Made by a program: the position numbers and the translations under genes. From the NCBI RefSeq assembly GCF_009914755.1, contig NC_060936.1: 64,000 nucleotides of DNA; one strand, 5' to 3'. The stretch is from the human T2T-CHM13v2.0 reference genome, Homo sapiens. The notes beneath the pieces were generated by a model. It searched no databases, had not been told where the DNA came from, and was given only the letters and a program-made list of their open reading frames with translations. Positions within the stretch are counted from its first letter, which is position 1. Every line of letters starts with the position of its first letter. Positions 16,553 to 30,862 of the stretch are shown here, piece after piece.

Positions 16553-18589
16553 TAAGAGCAAAGTTAGCAAGCCCCATGGTCGCTGTTTTCTACCCTTCTA
16601 TCCTCAATTCTAAGTTGTTCTCTGGCAGTAAGTTTGACACTTGGGTAGTGCGTTATAAATTCTTCCAGACTGTAGGATACCATTCCCAGCACCGTAGTGG
16701 TATCAGAGAAGCAGCACACTTTGTGTTAATGAAAAAATGGTGTTCTACTGGCCTACGGGACTTAATTCTCCCTGGGTACATCACTTATTAAGAGCAAGTG
16801 ATAGTGAAGAGGCCGTGACTCAGTATGTCCTTAATTCAAAGAGTCGAAGAGGCTGAGGGGTCCCACTCCGGTAGTAAAAACTAATATAATTTTCAAGATG
16901 CCAAAATAGATATAAGAGCTGCTCTAGTCAGTGATGCGTGCTTGAAAAACCAGAAGCCAACATACGTAAGATTTGAGGATTATGAAAGTCATCTTACTAA
17001 AATCTCTCCTGAGGTTACTAAACTAGCCAGATTATCTAGTCACAGTCTCTGGACAGCACTTTGAGAATTCAATGGGGAGTGTGTCTGACAGAACACACAG
17101 ATTAAAGTGGAATTTATATTAGGTAAACTGTAACCACCAAAGTATTTTTATTGCTTACTTTAAGACATGCTTGGAATTCTTTTTTTTTTTTTTTAAATAT
17201 AAAACCTTTCATCCGTTTTGGAGGTTACTTTAAAGATAGGGACAAGCAAGGTATAAGACATGGGGGATGATGAGGAACCACATAAATTTTTCTACTGTTT
17301 TTCTCATTAAATACTAAGGCATTATATATCACTGTGAACAATCAAGGATCAACTGACACTGAAATACTGCCAAGACTGCACATATTCTATTGACTCCCTG
17401 CCTAACTCCATAGCTCCCTATTGCTAAACTGAAATGGTGTACCTTCCCAAATTACAAAATGTGTCTCATTGTACACCTTAAAATCAGGAATGTTTATGTT
17501 TTACAAAAACATCCAACCATTATGACAGATTCTGACACCCATGGGGGAGCAAGTGGCAGTCATGGTGGAATTCTTGCCAGCTTGAAAGAAACATAGGGAC
17601 AGACCTCTGACATCTGCCTAGATTCTCAAGCCTGGCTCACAGTGGGAGAAATGACCCGCCAAAAGAGTGTAAAACAGATGGAAGTTCCAACATGCTGCCC
17701 TTCATCAGGTCAACAGCAGCAAGCAGGACTTTACCTATGCGGTCAAAAGGCCAAAAAAAAAAAAAAAAAAAAAAGGAGAACCTGCTAACGAGTACTGGTG
17801 CTAGCTAGGTATGCAGCCTTTCTTATAGAACGTTATTTCCCCATAATCTACTATTGCATTTTCCATCCATCCTTATTTTTTCCTCTATCCGTATTTCCTC
17901 ATCTATTTTTTTTTCCCGCCTCGTTAAATTTACTATATGAAAGCTACCTTAAATACTTCTCTAATGAGATGAGGCAGGAAAAAGAGAAGGGAAGGACCCA
18001 TGTTCGTATTCTTCCCCCCACACTCCAATTCTATCTAAAAAACTGATAAAGCTATAATATTTATTTAAAGGAAGCTAGTATACAACTACTGTATAACATA
18101 AAATTATTTTCTGTGTCTATTCACCGTAATGATTCTAGTTATATTTTTAAAGGCACTGCTTAGCACAAATATAGCACAAAAGAAATCTACCTTTTGACAT
18201 CACTATTTCAGAGCTAGCAGCTGGCACTCACTGTGGCTTGGCATCTTCTTTAAAGGCCTTCCAACATTTGGCATTAGCCTTTCAGAGACCAGGGCCTTTC
18301 ATACTCAGCACTGTTGCAAAATGTCTTACTCACTAGTACTCAAAGAAGGCCCCAGTTTCCCAGCAAAAGAGAAATAAAATTGGAGCTAACGCTTATTTGG
18401 TAGAATGCTATTATCAGCAAATACTTGTCTTCCATACTCTTCCCATGCCATAGAGCTACACCAGAGGCAGGTTTTCTTTTTCTTTCATCAAAACACAGTA
18501 TGGCCTTCAACCATCTGCATTGCTCATGATCCCAACTCCTCTATCCCTAACATAAATCTCATAATTCTAAATACACTGATAAGCCCCTA

Positions 18590-18970
18590 GAGGATTTAAG
18601 GCAAGGAAATTACCATGGTCTCATTTATATTTTGAGATCACTTTAGGTGCAATTCATTATGAAGGAGTTAAAAGGAGAGGCAGAGATGACAGCTAGAAGG
18701 CTATGATGGCAGCCCAAGTGAGAGAAAAGCTTGGTTTATATGAGGGGGTAGCAGTGGAGATGAAAAAAGCATGAGTTCAAGATGTATTTTAGAAACAGGG
18801 CTGACATGACACTCAAGCAGAGACACCATGAAGGCGGTAAGACACATTAGTTAGTATGGAACTGAGGAAAGAGGTCGGGGCGAGATACCACCATTTTGGA
18901 GATATCCCTTACAGATGGTATTTAAAGGCAGTAGGGTGAGTGAGAGCACCTAGGTGTGAGTGTGAGAGAC
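18590..18970 (+). mobile_element. L2 fragment(s)
   Basis: gagatcact, agtggagatgaaa, atggtatttaaag L2-like motifs. Confidence 0.45.
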
Positions 18971-20093
18971 TGCAGACGCACAGAAAGCGACATGGCTCAA
19001 CCAGTGCCCTACTGCCGTCAGCTTCTTTTAAGGGGGATGGGAGAAAACAAATGCCACAACGTTTTCTGTAAGCTAGTACACGATGCATAGCTCTCAGTGA
19101 TATGTCTCCCAACAATAGGTAAAGAGAAAAAAGAAAATTGTGGTGTTTTTTTCCTTAATTTTTGTTCATTTTAGTAACAGAAGCTTTCCGTTCAACCTCA
19201 TGCATAAACACACTTCCAACGGCAGTTTAATGAATTTATTAGCTGAATCAAACTAATCCATTCATATTTTCTCCTTTTAAAAAGTTAGAATTCACTTAGT
19301 AAGAAAATTCACTGAAAACAAATAATGAAGTTATAAGATACTATTTGAATCAAATTATCATTTGAATACAGGATTTCCTAATTAGTAATCACAACTACAA
19401 AATCTGATTAATATCACAACCTGAATAGTAACTAACAATAAATGAAATAATCACACAATCTATTTTACATGAAATTCAGAGATTTCCACTTTAAGGTTCT
19501 CCTTTCATAATGCTAATGAAAGTGGAATTCAGTAGTCATTGCCTTTCTTTGGATCAGCCAGGTCATTTACTCAAAAAATAAAAGATTCCATCAGATCTAC
19601 CACTTTCCCACTGAATGACTCAGACGGACTTATTTCCTGATTTTTAAACTCGTATCAGAACTGGAAACTACTCAAACTCCCATCAATCCATTCTACAATG
19701 GATAAATAAATTAGGATATAGTCACACAGTGGAATAGTATACAGCATATAGAGTTGGCTTAAAATTCCACTATAGCTTGTATATGTTTAGGAGTCCTCAA
19801 AAAAAAAAAAAAAATGAAAGGGGATTTTAACTGATAACAGGAGGCAACTACATGTGATTGGCAAATCAAGCAAAAGTACTTGTATGATGCATCAATTGAC
19901 CTAGATGTAGACAATCTACAGAATTAGTACGGGAGGGATAGTAATGAGAACCCCATGGGAAAGTGCTTCTCAAGCCCATTTCCCCTAAAAACTATAGGTG
20001 TAGGGAGCCAGTGTTACTAATGAACACGTGCTCCATACATCAGACAGGCTGGGGCAGAAAATGCTAAAATCAGTAATTAAAAACAAGGGAACA

Positions 20094-20447
20094 GGTATGG
20101 TTTAGCTCTGTGTCCCCACCCAAATCTCATCTCGAATTGTAATCCTCATGTGTTGAGGGAGGGGCCAGGTAGAAGGTGACTGGACCTTGGGGATGGACAT
20201 ACCTCTTGCTGTTCTCATGACAGAGTTACTTCTCAGGAGATCTGGCTGTTTGATGAGTATGTGTGTGTCTCTCCCCTGCTTTGCAGTGGAAAGATGTGCC
20301 TTGCTTCCCCTTTGCCTTCTACCACGATTGTAAGTCTCCTGAGGACTCCTCTGTCATGCTGAACCATGAGTCAATTAAACCTATTTTCTTTATAAATTAC
20401 CAAGTCTCAGGTAGTTCTTTATAGCAGTGCGAAAATGGACTAATACA
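20094..20447 (+). mobile_element. MSTA/MSTB solo LTR (ERVL-MaLR)
   Basis: tatggtttagctctgtgtccccacccaaatctcatctcgaattgtaatcc ... tctcaggtagttctttatagcagtgcgaaaatggactaataca. Confidence 0.9.
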
Positions 20448-20565
20448 GGCCCGAAGAGATCTGTTCTACTACAGCTCTGTGCTAACTGGACCATGCCTGG
20501 AATGTTCTGTTTAATTCTGAATACCATAGTTGAAAAGAATTTTGTATAAAGTAAAACATATGCAA

Positions 20566-20870
20566 GGCTGGGCGCGGTGGCTCATGCCTGCAATCCCAGC
20601 ACTTTGGGAGGCCAAGGCGGGTGGATCATAAGGTCAGGAGATCAAGACCATCCTGGCTAACACGGTGAAACCCCGTCTCTACCAAAAATTAGCTGGGTGT
20701 GGTGGCAAGAACCTGTAGTCCCAGCTACTCAGGAGCCTGAGGCAGGAGAATCGCCTGAACCCGAGAGCCGGAGATTGCAGTGAGCCAAGATCGTGCCACT
20801 GCACTCCGACCTGGGCGACAGAGCGAGACTCTGTCTCAAAACAGACAGACAAACAAACAAACAAACAAAC
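20566..20870 (+). mobile_element. AluSc/Y-like
   Basis: Full dimer; flanks aaacatatgcaa / aaccatattcaa. Confidence 0.92.
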
Positions 20871-23800
20871 CATATTCAAAGGAGAGTGACCAAAAGAACT
20901 TAAAGCCACCCAACATGACAAATGAAAGAAATGGAGAAATTTAGCCAAGAGGAGACAACTCAGGAGAGAGATAAAAACGATTTTTCAGTGCACAGGTTAT
21001 ACTCAAGTACACCATGCCATGAAACCTATTTTACTCAGCACTGTATTTTAAAACTATTGTTAGAATAGTAATTGCCCTCCTCCAATAGTGGTAAATATAA
21101 ATTTTAAAAATTGATCAAAATGTGGCAACAGACTGGTCAATACTTCATAGTATACCAGAGGGCTCAGGCACACCAGCCAAGTACCACTGATGAAGACACT
21201 GCAGAAAATAGACTTCAACTCAATATAAAGACTAGCTTTCTAACTGGGTTATTTAAAGAATAAACAGGCTTACAAGAAAGGTACCATCTTGGCTATCCCT
21301 GAAAGTGTAATGAAGGAAACTTGAGTGTTGGAAGGGATGAGGGGCAGGATGCCTTTAATGGCACCTTCAGTCCTATGATTCTGATGATTCTGTATCTTGA
21401 TTCTCAGATAAGCTGTGCCTGTTTTAAAATATCCCATACAGGCTGATTACTCAGAAGCAGATAGAATAATGGAAGGCAAGGCACATCAAATTATAAGGGA
21501 AAGATGAGATGTGGTGAGACAAGGTAGAGAGAAATATCTTGAAGATACCATTCTAAAACTTGAAATTTATATTACTAGTAAAGCCACATATACATGAATT
21601 CTTAAATCAGCCCCCTGAATCAAACTTTTCTGCTTTTTTATTACCAGGAGTACTATTTGAAAGCAGAACTTACATGATTTACATTTTGTTTATAAAAGCA
21701 GCAATATAACAGAGGTGAATAAACACACATTTCTTCTCCCTGGAAAGGACAGATGAGGCTGATAGCGTAAAAAAAAACCCAGCATCCTGTCTGACTGAAG
21801 TATTAGCCTATGAGGTGGAATGAGAAAAATCAGTATTGTTTGAATAGAAATAATTATAAAAAGAAGGAAATTTTATCTGGGTATGGTGCCATTACACTGT
21901 TTACCCTCAAGAGCTGAAGTCTCAGTTCAATTCTTTCAAGGATAAAGGGCTATATTTACCCACTGTTAGCCGATGTTCATGTTAAACAAAGCCCTCACAG
22001 AACGTAAACTTTTAATTTTTTTATTCAGTAACATTTAACTTCTTTCTGTGCCTGGGGTCATCACTGGTAAGAATTCCAAGAAATATTCATTCTGTGGAGA
22101 TACATTCAGCTATCCTGGAAGAAGAACTGTACCACCTTAAACCTCAGGAATGGTTCTATCCCCCTCTCCCATTTAATCATGATACTCTGAATCCCTTCTG
22201 CATCAATTATGCATACAATAGAGTACAGTACATAAAACCACAATAAGCAATACAGAAAAAAAAGGATTAAAGCCACGAAAAATGTATTAATTTATTCTAT
22301 GCAATGCACTTGTAATTCTTCCACTTTCAGTCAAGATCACAGTACAGTTTAATAGTCTGGTTCAGGGACCAATTAATCCTTTTATATTTAAATCAATCAC
22401 TGACTCCTCTCCGAATAATTTAGCTTCTACATGCTGCCTCCCATTTGATGTCTTTGGGGGAAAGAGCACAGTTAACACTATGTGGTACATTAATCATGTT
22501 TAGTAACAGAAAAAGAAATGCATTATCAGAGAAATCTAATACAAAAAGTAAAACATGCTCTAAAACATGTTAGGATAATCAGTACATGTGTCACATTTTT
22601 CTTAATAAAAGCAGGCAAGTTAAACTGGGAACCAAGAGTATACTCTTCATCTGGCTTTTCATAGTATGTGTGCATGCATGTATCTATTTATCTTGACTAT
22701 GTATAAATAGATATCCAGGAATAAAGCCACTCAGCTCAATCCATACCCCTACGCACTGGCAGATTCTTCTCCATCCCAACCTAAAGCAAATGACTTGATG
22801 ATGCTCAAACAGTGGGGAAGGGGAAAAGTAATAGAAAGGCATGTATTTTATTCAAACTGGCATGTGTTTGGCACTTTGCCACAAAGCTGAGTCCTTTTCC
22901 TAGAACAACTCAGAAGCCTAATTAATAGGGTTAATTCAATGTAATATTCATGTGTAGTCTAAAGATTCTTACCACTGCATATAAAGCAGATGTCCATGTT
23001 TTAAGAATATTTTCTCTAAACAAATGTGTCAAGAAAGCATTAAGAGTTCATGTGACCAAGAATAACGCCATTGTACTATATGCTAGCTCTATTTTAACCA
23101 ACAGCAAGAGAAGGAGGTCCTCTTTTTTGTTCCTGGATCTTAATCACAAGAATAAATCAACTTGGTATTCTAGTGCCCACCCCATGGATTACAAATGCAG
23201 GATTTAGTTTCAGAAATTTCAAAGCCAACTTAAGCACTTTTCAAATGTTCCATAAGTAAGTGTTTTCAAAAAAAATTAACCAATTAAGTTTCTATGTAGA
23301 TTCAGCACTGAAAAAAGTGAAGTCTGTATCTTGGCATAACCCGAATGTATTGCTGACTCAGGAGCTCTGCCAGTTCAAACAACTCCACACGAAAGAAAGC
23401 GCAAGTGAATGTTAGCTCTGTGTTCACTTCACACCAACACAGAGAAATCAAATGGTCAAAGTTTAAGACCAGCTCTGTGATACTAGTGGGAAGAAGAGTG
23501 AAAAAAGAGGCCATACTATAGGTGGAAATCCTAACTCCTAAGAACACACAACAGCATCTAAAGACAGATTCAAAAGCCTGGCTAGATTATCTCACTGAAG
23601 GAATATTTCTCTGAGCATGTGAGCTGAGACAACATTTGAGAATCTGGTAGACAACTATGACCCGCAAATAATCATCAGGTAGAAAAATATTGTCATCCTC
23701 ACTAATCCCCGGAAAAGTCACATCAAAGAAACATCTGGAAAGAACCCAAGTCTTCTGTTTCTTTTTTAAGCCTCAGAATAGAACAGAACACCACTAATCA

Positions 23801-25695
23801 AGATTAAACAAGTGAACCAAAGCTCATCATCAAAAATCATCTCATCCCTAGAATATGAAGTTGTATCAGCTAACAAGCTACTGTCAACAGGATGAGTCTT
23901 GTGTCATTTTCATGGTGGCTTGGTAAATTTGGGTGGATCCATTCATACTCCTCTGTCTAGTTATGTCTGTCAAATGGTATGCAAACTGTATATGCAAAAA
24001 AGGGTATAGTAAGAGACCCTACAGATAACTACAAAACACACATAAATCCAAGGAGTTAAATGCAAGGAAAAGAGGGGGCCCCTCCTTCTCTATTTATTTG
24101 TTTGGGTAAAATGCACCGTTATATTTTAGTGACTTTCTCAGGCAGTAAATCCAAAGATGGAAAATATTACATGTTCTTTCTGGATTCAGTATAGAATAAT
24201 GTTCAAAACGATAATAAAATGCCTAAAATCCTTTTGAACACTGGTGTTCCTTTCCTTTCTCTTCTCTGCTTTTAATCTGGTCATCCCAATCCTGGGCCTA
24301 CATAGTACTGAGTCCCCCTGGCTGAGACAACAAATGAAAGCCTCAGCACATCCACAAACTGCCCTTCTCTCATGCTCAGCTCCTGTCTGAGCTGCTCTGA
24401 AAAATTCCCTCCCATCCTCTTGCTAGCAGAGGCTGTACTCGGCTTCTAGATGGGGGTCTTTGGTGCTTCTTAACTGCCTCTGATTTGGTAGGAGCTCTTC
24501 CTTTACTAGCCCCTGTGGACTTGTAACTAATTATTTAATCTATGGACAGTCTGTACTGAAAACTATGGTATGACATAAAATATGAGTCACAGCGTATCTG
24601 GTAATAGTATATATGTGGTGAAAAATGCTCTGCTATAAACCTCATATTTAACATAATTTGACCAACATTAACATAACAAATTTTCAAGTAAATAACATCA
24701 TAAACATTAGGATTACCAAACGGGATCCAGTTCAGAGTTGCTATTGTATCAGCAGCCATCTTTAGACAGGTTACAAGTAAAATGGGAAAAGAAAAATATT
24801 AATGCAATAAAAATTATTAAGTCACAAAAAATGTTTAACCAGCCTTTCAAAATCACCAATAACAAGACATATTTTAGGTAGATAAATATATATATATTTC
24901 TATAATAAAGTATTTCTTTTATTACCAACTACCTAATAAAGTAGTAGGTAATCAATAAAAATTACATGCATGAAGTGACATTTCTAAGTCAATATATAAA
25001 ATCAACTCTGGAGAAAGACATGCTTAAAAAAGAAAAAGCAGGCTTAGCATTTTATTTATAAAGCCAATATTAAAATGCAGTCTTATCATTCTCTAACTAC
25101 TCTTTAACATACCATGTCTAAGTCAAAATATGGTAGGCTGGTTTATAGTCACTCACACACACACAAAAGAATGTTCTGATATTTGTGAAACGGGAGTTCT
25201 GTTTGACAAGTGCTGAGTTTTTTATTTTCAAAAGCTGAATCAGCTAATTTTGAATAGTCAGTGTAAAAAACAAAAACACAAAGATGTTTGTCAAGATAAA
25301 TAATATGAAGACACCCATCCATTGAAACATTGAAAAAAAAATCACAAAAGAAAAAGTTAATGCTCTGATACAAAATCTAAAGCCAAATGGATGTAAATAA
25401 TTTCACATCCCAAAATAATAGGAGAAATGGCCATTTAAAAGAAATGTTGGATATTTAATGGCTTTGTCTTTTGTTACCTTCGTTACTCAGCACAACCCCA
25501 ACTTCACATATATGAGAACATTTTAACAATATAGCAGTAAAACATAAAAATATAATTAAATAAAGATATTTGCTTCAATTTGTAAGGGAAATTTCTTGCA
25601 GTGCAATTTTAGTAGCAGGCAAAATCAGTGTAATATTTCATTCTCACTTCTATCTGTGTACGAGTAACTAAAAGTGTTTTTTAAAAGAAAGAAAA

Positions 25696-26392
<697 letters not shown>

Positions 26393-27036
26393 TCAAGCTA
26401 GCTGTTGTACAGATTTATTGAAGAACTTTGTTGAGAGCAAGAAACACCATTTCTTTCATTTAATTTATAAGTGGGTTTTCTTTATCCAATATGCATACAT
26501 CAGCTACATGATTCCAAGTGACATGTTCTTGATAGTCAATAAAATTTCAGCTAAAATAATGTTAGTAATTAGAAACAGAAAATTAAAGAAAATAGATTAA
26601 GATAACCAGGAAATAAAAATAGAGGCTGATGATAACGGTGTCAGGAAACAAGCCCCAAGTAAATCCTCCAGGGTCTTCTGACAGATCTAAGGTGTTTAAC
26701 TAACGGTTTCTGTCCCATCCCTCTTCACCCTCAAGCAAAATCCTCCTGACCAAATCCCAGTCCTCACTCACTACAAGAAGTTTTGCCCATGTTCTACTGC
26801 CACATAACCTGTATATTTCATCTGAGGCATTTAGAAGCTGAGGTAGGTTTCCAGTACAGCCTTCCCTCTTGTTTTCTCTTTCAATAGTATGGAAAGGATA
26901 GATGGAGTTAAGAAAAAGAGTAAGGGAAGCTTGACCATAAAACATTTACTGAATGTGTTTTTATTCAGGCTAGTTTTCATGTAGTGTTGGGAAAAATCAG
27001 TTATGAGTTATACCTGCAAAGATCAAAGATATATGT

Positions 27037-27098
27037 TACTTTTTTTTTTTTTTGAGACAAGTTGAAAAGCTTGTGTGTCGAACTACACCATGCCCAGC
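27037..27098 (-). mobile_element. Collapsed Alu remnant (both ends only)
   Basis: T-run + gagaca ... accatgcccagc inside ttactttt direct repeats. Confidence 0.55.
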
Positions 27099-29628
27099 AA
27101 CTTTACTTTTAATTGTTACTTCTAAAAACCCATTTACTACTCTCTGAACAACCTGGGAACTAAAATTTGAAAAAGAATAAATAAATCCGTGCCTATCACT
27201 AGTCACAAAGGAGAATGAATTAGGTAATAGTCCCCACTCTAGGAACTGAAAAAGGAATCAGAGTCACTGGGGCAGTGCTTCAGAAGACACTGTATATTAC
27301 AGTGGGCTGAACTGGGATAGGAAGAGGGGATAATCAGAACTTAAAACTGTGGAAAAAAGAGACTGCACCTATCAGAGCCTGTAAACCTGCACATCATACA
27401 TCAAGGAAGAGCCAGGGTAATGGCAGGAGTGGTAAGATACAGGGCAAGGAGAGGGGAGTCAAAACATTAGGCTAGTGCAATAGCTCAGAATGAAGTGATA
27501 GAAACTTAGAATGTGACAGTAAAAGTTGAAAAGAAACCAAAGAATACATTTTACAACTAGGCAAACCAAGAAGTATACCTTGTGATACCATATGGGCACC
27601 TTCTTCAGCTGATAATGCTTAAGAAATAAACTTATCTATGAATCAGAATGAAATTTTGTTTTTTTTTTAATATGCAGAAAAACTCTTTGGAGTTCAGGGT
27701 TAAGGGCAGAAAAATTGACTAAGAAGTTATCAATATTTTACTTGCTACTTTCTCTTATACCTTTCAATTGGAAAATGAGGCAGTGCCTAAGTTACAGACA
27801 GCCATTACCGTTATTGATTTCCATTTTTAAAATCAGTGTTTTTAATATTACTTTAAGGAGAGACAATGATATTCTAATATTCTTGTGCTGTCTCTACTTA
27901 AACCTTGTTCCCAAGGAAACAGCTAATGTCTCAATATCAGATCCTGCATAATCATGACTACAAAGGAAGTATGCTACAATAAGACATTTGCACTTTTAGC
28001 AGAGTGAAAATGACCAGCTTCTTCTGCCTTCCTAGCAAACAAAAGTCTCTGGTTTTCATACAAAGACCAGCCCTTTCTACTAGACATATGCTGACAGGAA
28101 CAGGTTACAGTATTAACATGATCTCATGTACAGAATGTTACTATTTTCAGTGGCATTCTGTTCCAGATGAAAACAAAGACACAACTGAAATCACCTTTAT
28201 TTTTAGGCATTAGTGACTGTCTCTTTTGGAAGAGGCTCAGTTTTGAAGTCAGGCTTATTAAAGCATAGGTGGAGATAACTGCTCATAAACCATTATGGAT
28301 GAACATATTTCCCAAGGCCAAAAGGCTTGAAATTAAAATGACTTAAATAAAAACAATGTTACAGATTTTTATTAGCCAAAACACCCCCACAACAAATAAG
28401 CATGGATCTTCTTAAATGTATCACATAATTTTTTTAATACTGAGTACACTTCTTTCACCTTTTATAACCAGCCCTTTTTCCAGATGAAGCACTTAAAATT
28501 TTGGCATGGCAAAAGAAAAAAATGATAGATGAATCATTTGCAGTTAGGAAAAAATAGACGAAGTATGGACATAATCACTGGCACAACCTCGAATTTACAC
28601 TTCTGAAGAAATGCTTTTCGTTAAGGATTTACAAACATTCAAACCAGACAGTTCTAACATTATTGGTATTGAGCCTAAAAATATAACATGCATGGACATT
28701 TTATCTTGCCCAAAATATTCAAACAATTTAGGAAGGTGGACAAACTGAACACTTAGCCTCATATACCACACAGTGGAAGAAAATGTAAACACTAATTATA
28801 AAAACATCTGAGGACTACAATTCTAAGAGTTTTTCAAATGGCAGGAATCATAAAATCAATTTAATAGATTTCAACCAATATTTCTTAAATAGAATAGAAT
28901 TGAAAATGTAAATAAAATTTCAGACTTATTTTAAGAAATGAGAGATACAAAAACACGTATGTACTACGTTGCAATGTAAGATCTATTCCTTTGAATGTAG
29001 TCAAAATAAATGGAAAGTTCTTGGAAGGATCAAATATTGTGTTAAGCCTCAATTTAACAACCCAATAACACAAGGATTTTTCATTACACTGGCCTGTTAA
29101 AATGTTCTGTTAAAGCCCAAAACCATAATTTATAACTAGATTGTTCTAGGGTGCGACTCCATGGAAGTTAAAATTATGACTCTAAGAGTTGAATTAACTC
29201 TTTAGTGGAACAAAATATAGCACAGCTTTCCCAATAATGGTAACCTGGCAGATCAGGACAAGTATATACATTTAGAAAATATGTGAGCGGGCACACAAAA
29301 TCTTAAAATTGAAATGATAATTTCACCAAAACTTTACTGGACATGTCTGCAGCAATATCATTTTTCTGTGTACACATGGAACAGGTATCATCAATACTAA
29401 AACTCTAGAAATAAAATGTATCTACTGAATGTGAAACTAAAAATGAACACCACTGAGACACTCTAATAACCAGTGGCAGGAAGCCAAGTTCGGCTAATAG
29501 AAAAGTTGTAAAATTAACTAAAGACTTCTCCCCCTGAATTAAAAGTACACCCTACTTAGAAGATGGTAATTCTTTTTTTTTAATTAAATGGTTACACAAG
29601 CTCTACGTATAAGTATCAAGAGTCTCTA

Positions 29629-29963
<335 letters not shown>

Positions 29964-30233
29964 CCCAGAAATTTACATTCTTCAAATATAAGTGCTCATT
30001 TTTCAAATATTTAACAACATATCTTTAAATGTATATTGTACAAAACTGTATGCATAATACGGAAAAATACCTAAATTAGGAAGCCCAAATTTTACAAGTC
30101 AAATCCTAAGGAAATGGGTTGTTTATAGATTATCATACATCATAAGCAATTTCCACAGCATTAAAATGTTAAAGAATATTATATAGCATTTTAATAAAAC
30201 ATTTTTCGAAGATAAAAATAATAGAAATGAACA

Positions 30234-30312
30234 GGCCAGGCATGGTGGCTCACACCGAGATCCCACCACTGCACTCCAGCCTGGATGACAGAGCGAGACT
30301 CTGTCTCAAAAA
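30234..30312 (+). mobile_element. Internally deleted Alu
   Basis: Alu 5' end (ggccaggcatggtggctcacac) fused to the 3' end (cgagatcccaccactgcactccagcc...tctcaaaa); TSD aatagaaatgaa. Confidence 0.85.
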
Positions 30313-30524
30313 TATTGATAACAATAGAAATGAATTAATATTTAACTTCAATAATTTTTAAACTAGAAATACAGTTTTATTCTCTCCATAAAGGGAGTAA
30401 ATAGCCTGTGCAGTTTCCTTTTAAATCATAATTTAAAAATTCTAATTAGCCTAGACATAAACTCTGAGGAGTAAATGTTGGCTACAGATCATATGCAAAC
30501 AGCAATGATAAATGGCAACCAAGT

Positions 30525-30862
30525 ACAGGCTGAATATCCTTTATTCAAAATGCTTGGAACCAGAAGAATATCGGATTTCAAACTTCTTTCGATTTTGGAA
30601 TATCTGCATACACATAATAAGATATATTGGGAATGAGACCCAAGTCTGAATATGAAATTCATTTAGGTACATTTATATTACATATAATACCTTAAGCACA
30701 CAAATCCTGAAGGTAATTTTGCACAATATGTTAAATAATTTTGTCTGTGAAACAAAGTTTTGACTGTGACCCATCTCATGAAGTCAAGCATGGAATTTTC
30801 CACTTATGACATCATGTGGGCACTCAAAAAGTTACAACTTTGGAGTATTTCAGATTTTGGAC
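30525..30862 (-). mobile_element. Tigger4b/MER46B
   Basis: tacaggctgaatatcctttattcaaaatgcttgg ... gtgggcactcaaaaagtt, the reverse complement of the copy at 16.2 kb. Confidence 0.8.

Noticed and set aside
16810-16825. AP-1 TGACTCA site (others near 13387, 24583, 36583, 43826)
   Set aside because: 7-mers at about chance frequency; cannot be called enhancers from sequence alone.
22973-23307. Possible 335-nt cryptic exon (ttttttcag| ... gtg|gtaaga) on the - strand
   Set aside because: Unusually long, and such site pairs occur frequently by chance in 60 kb.
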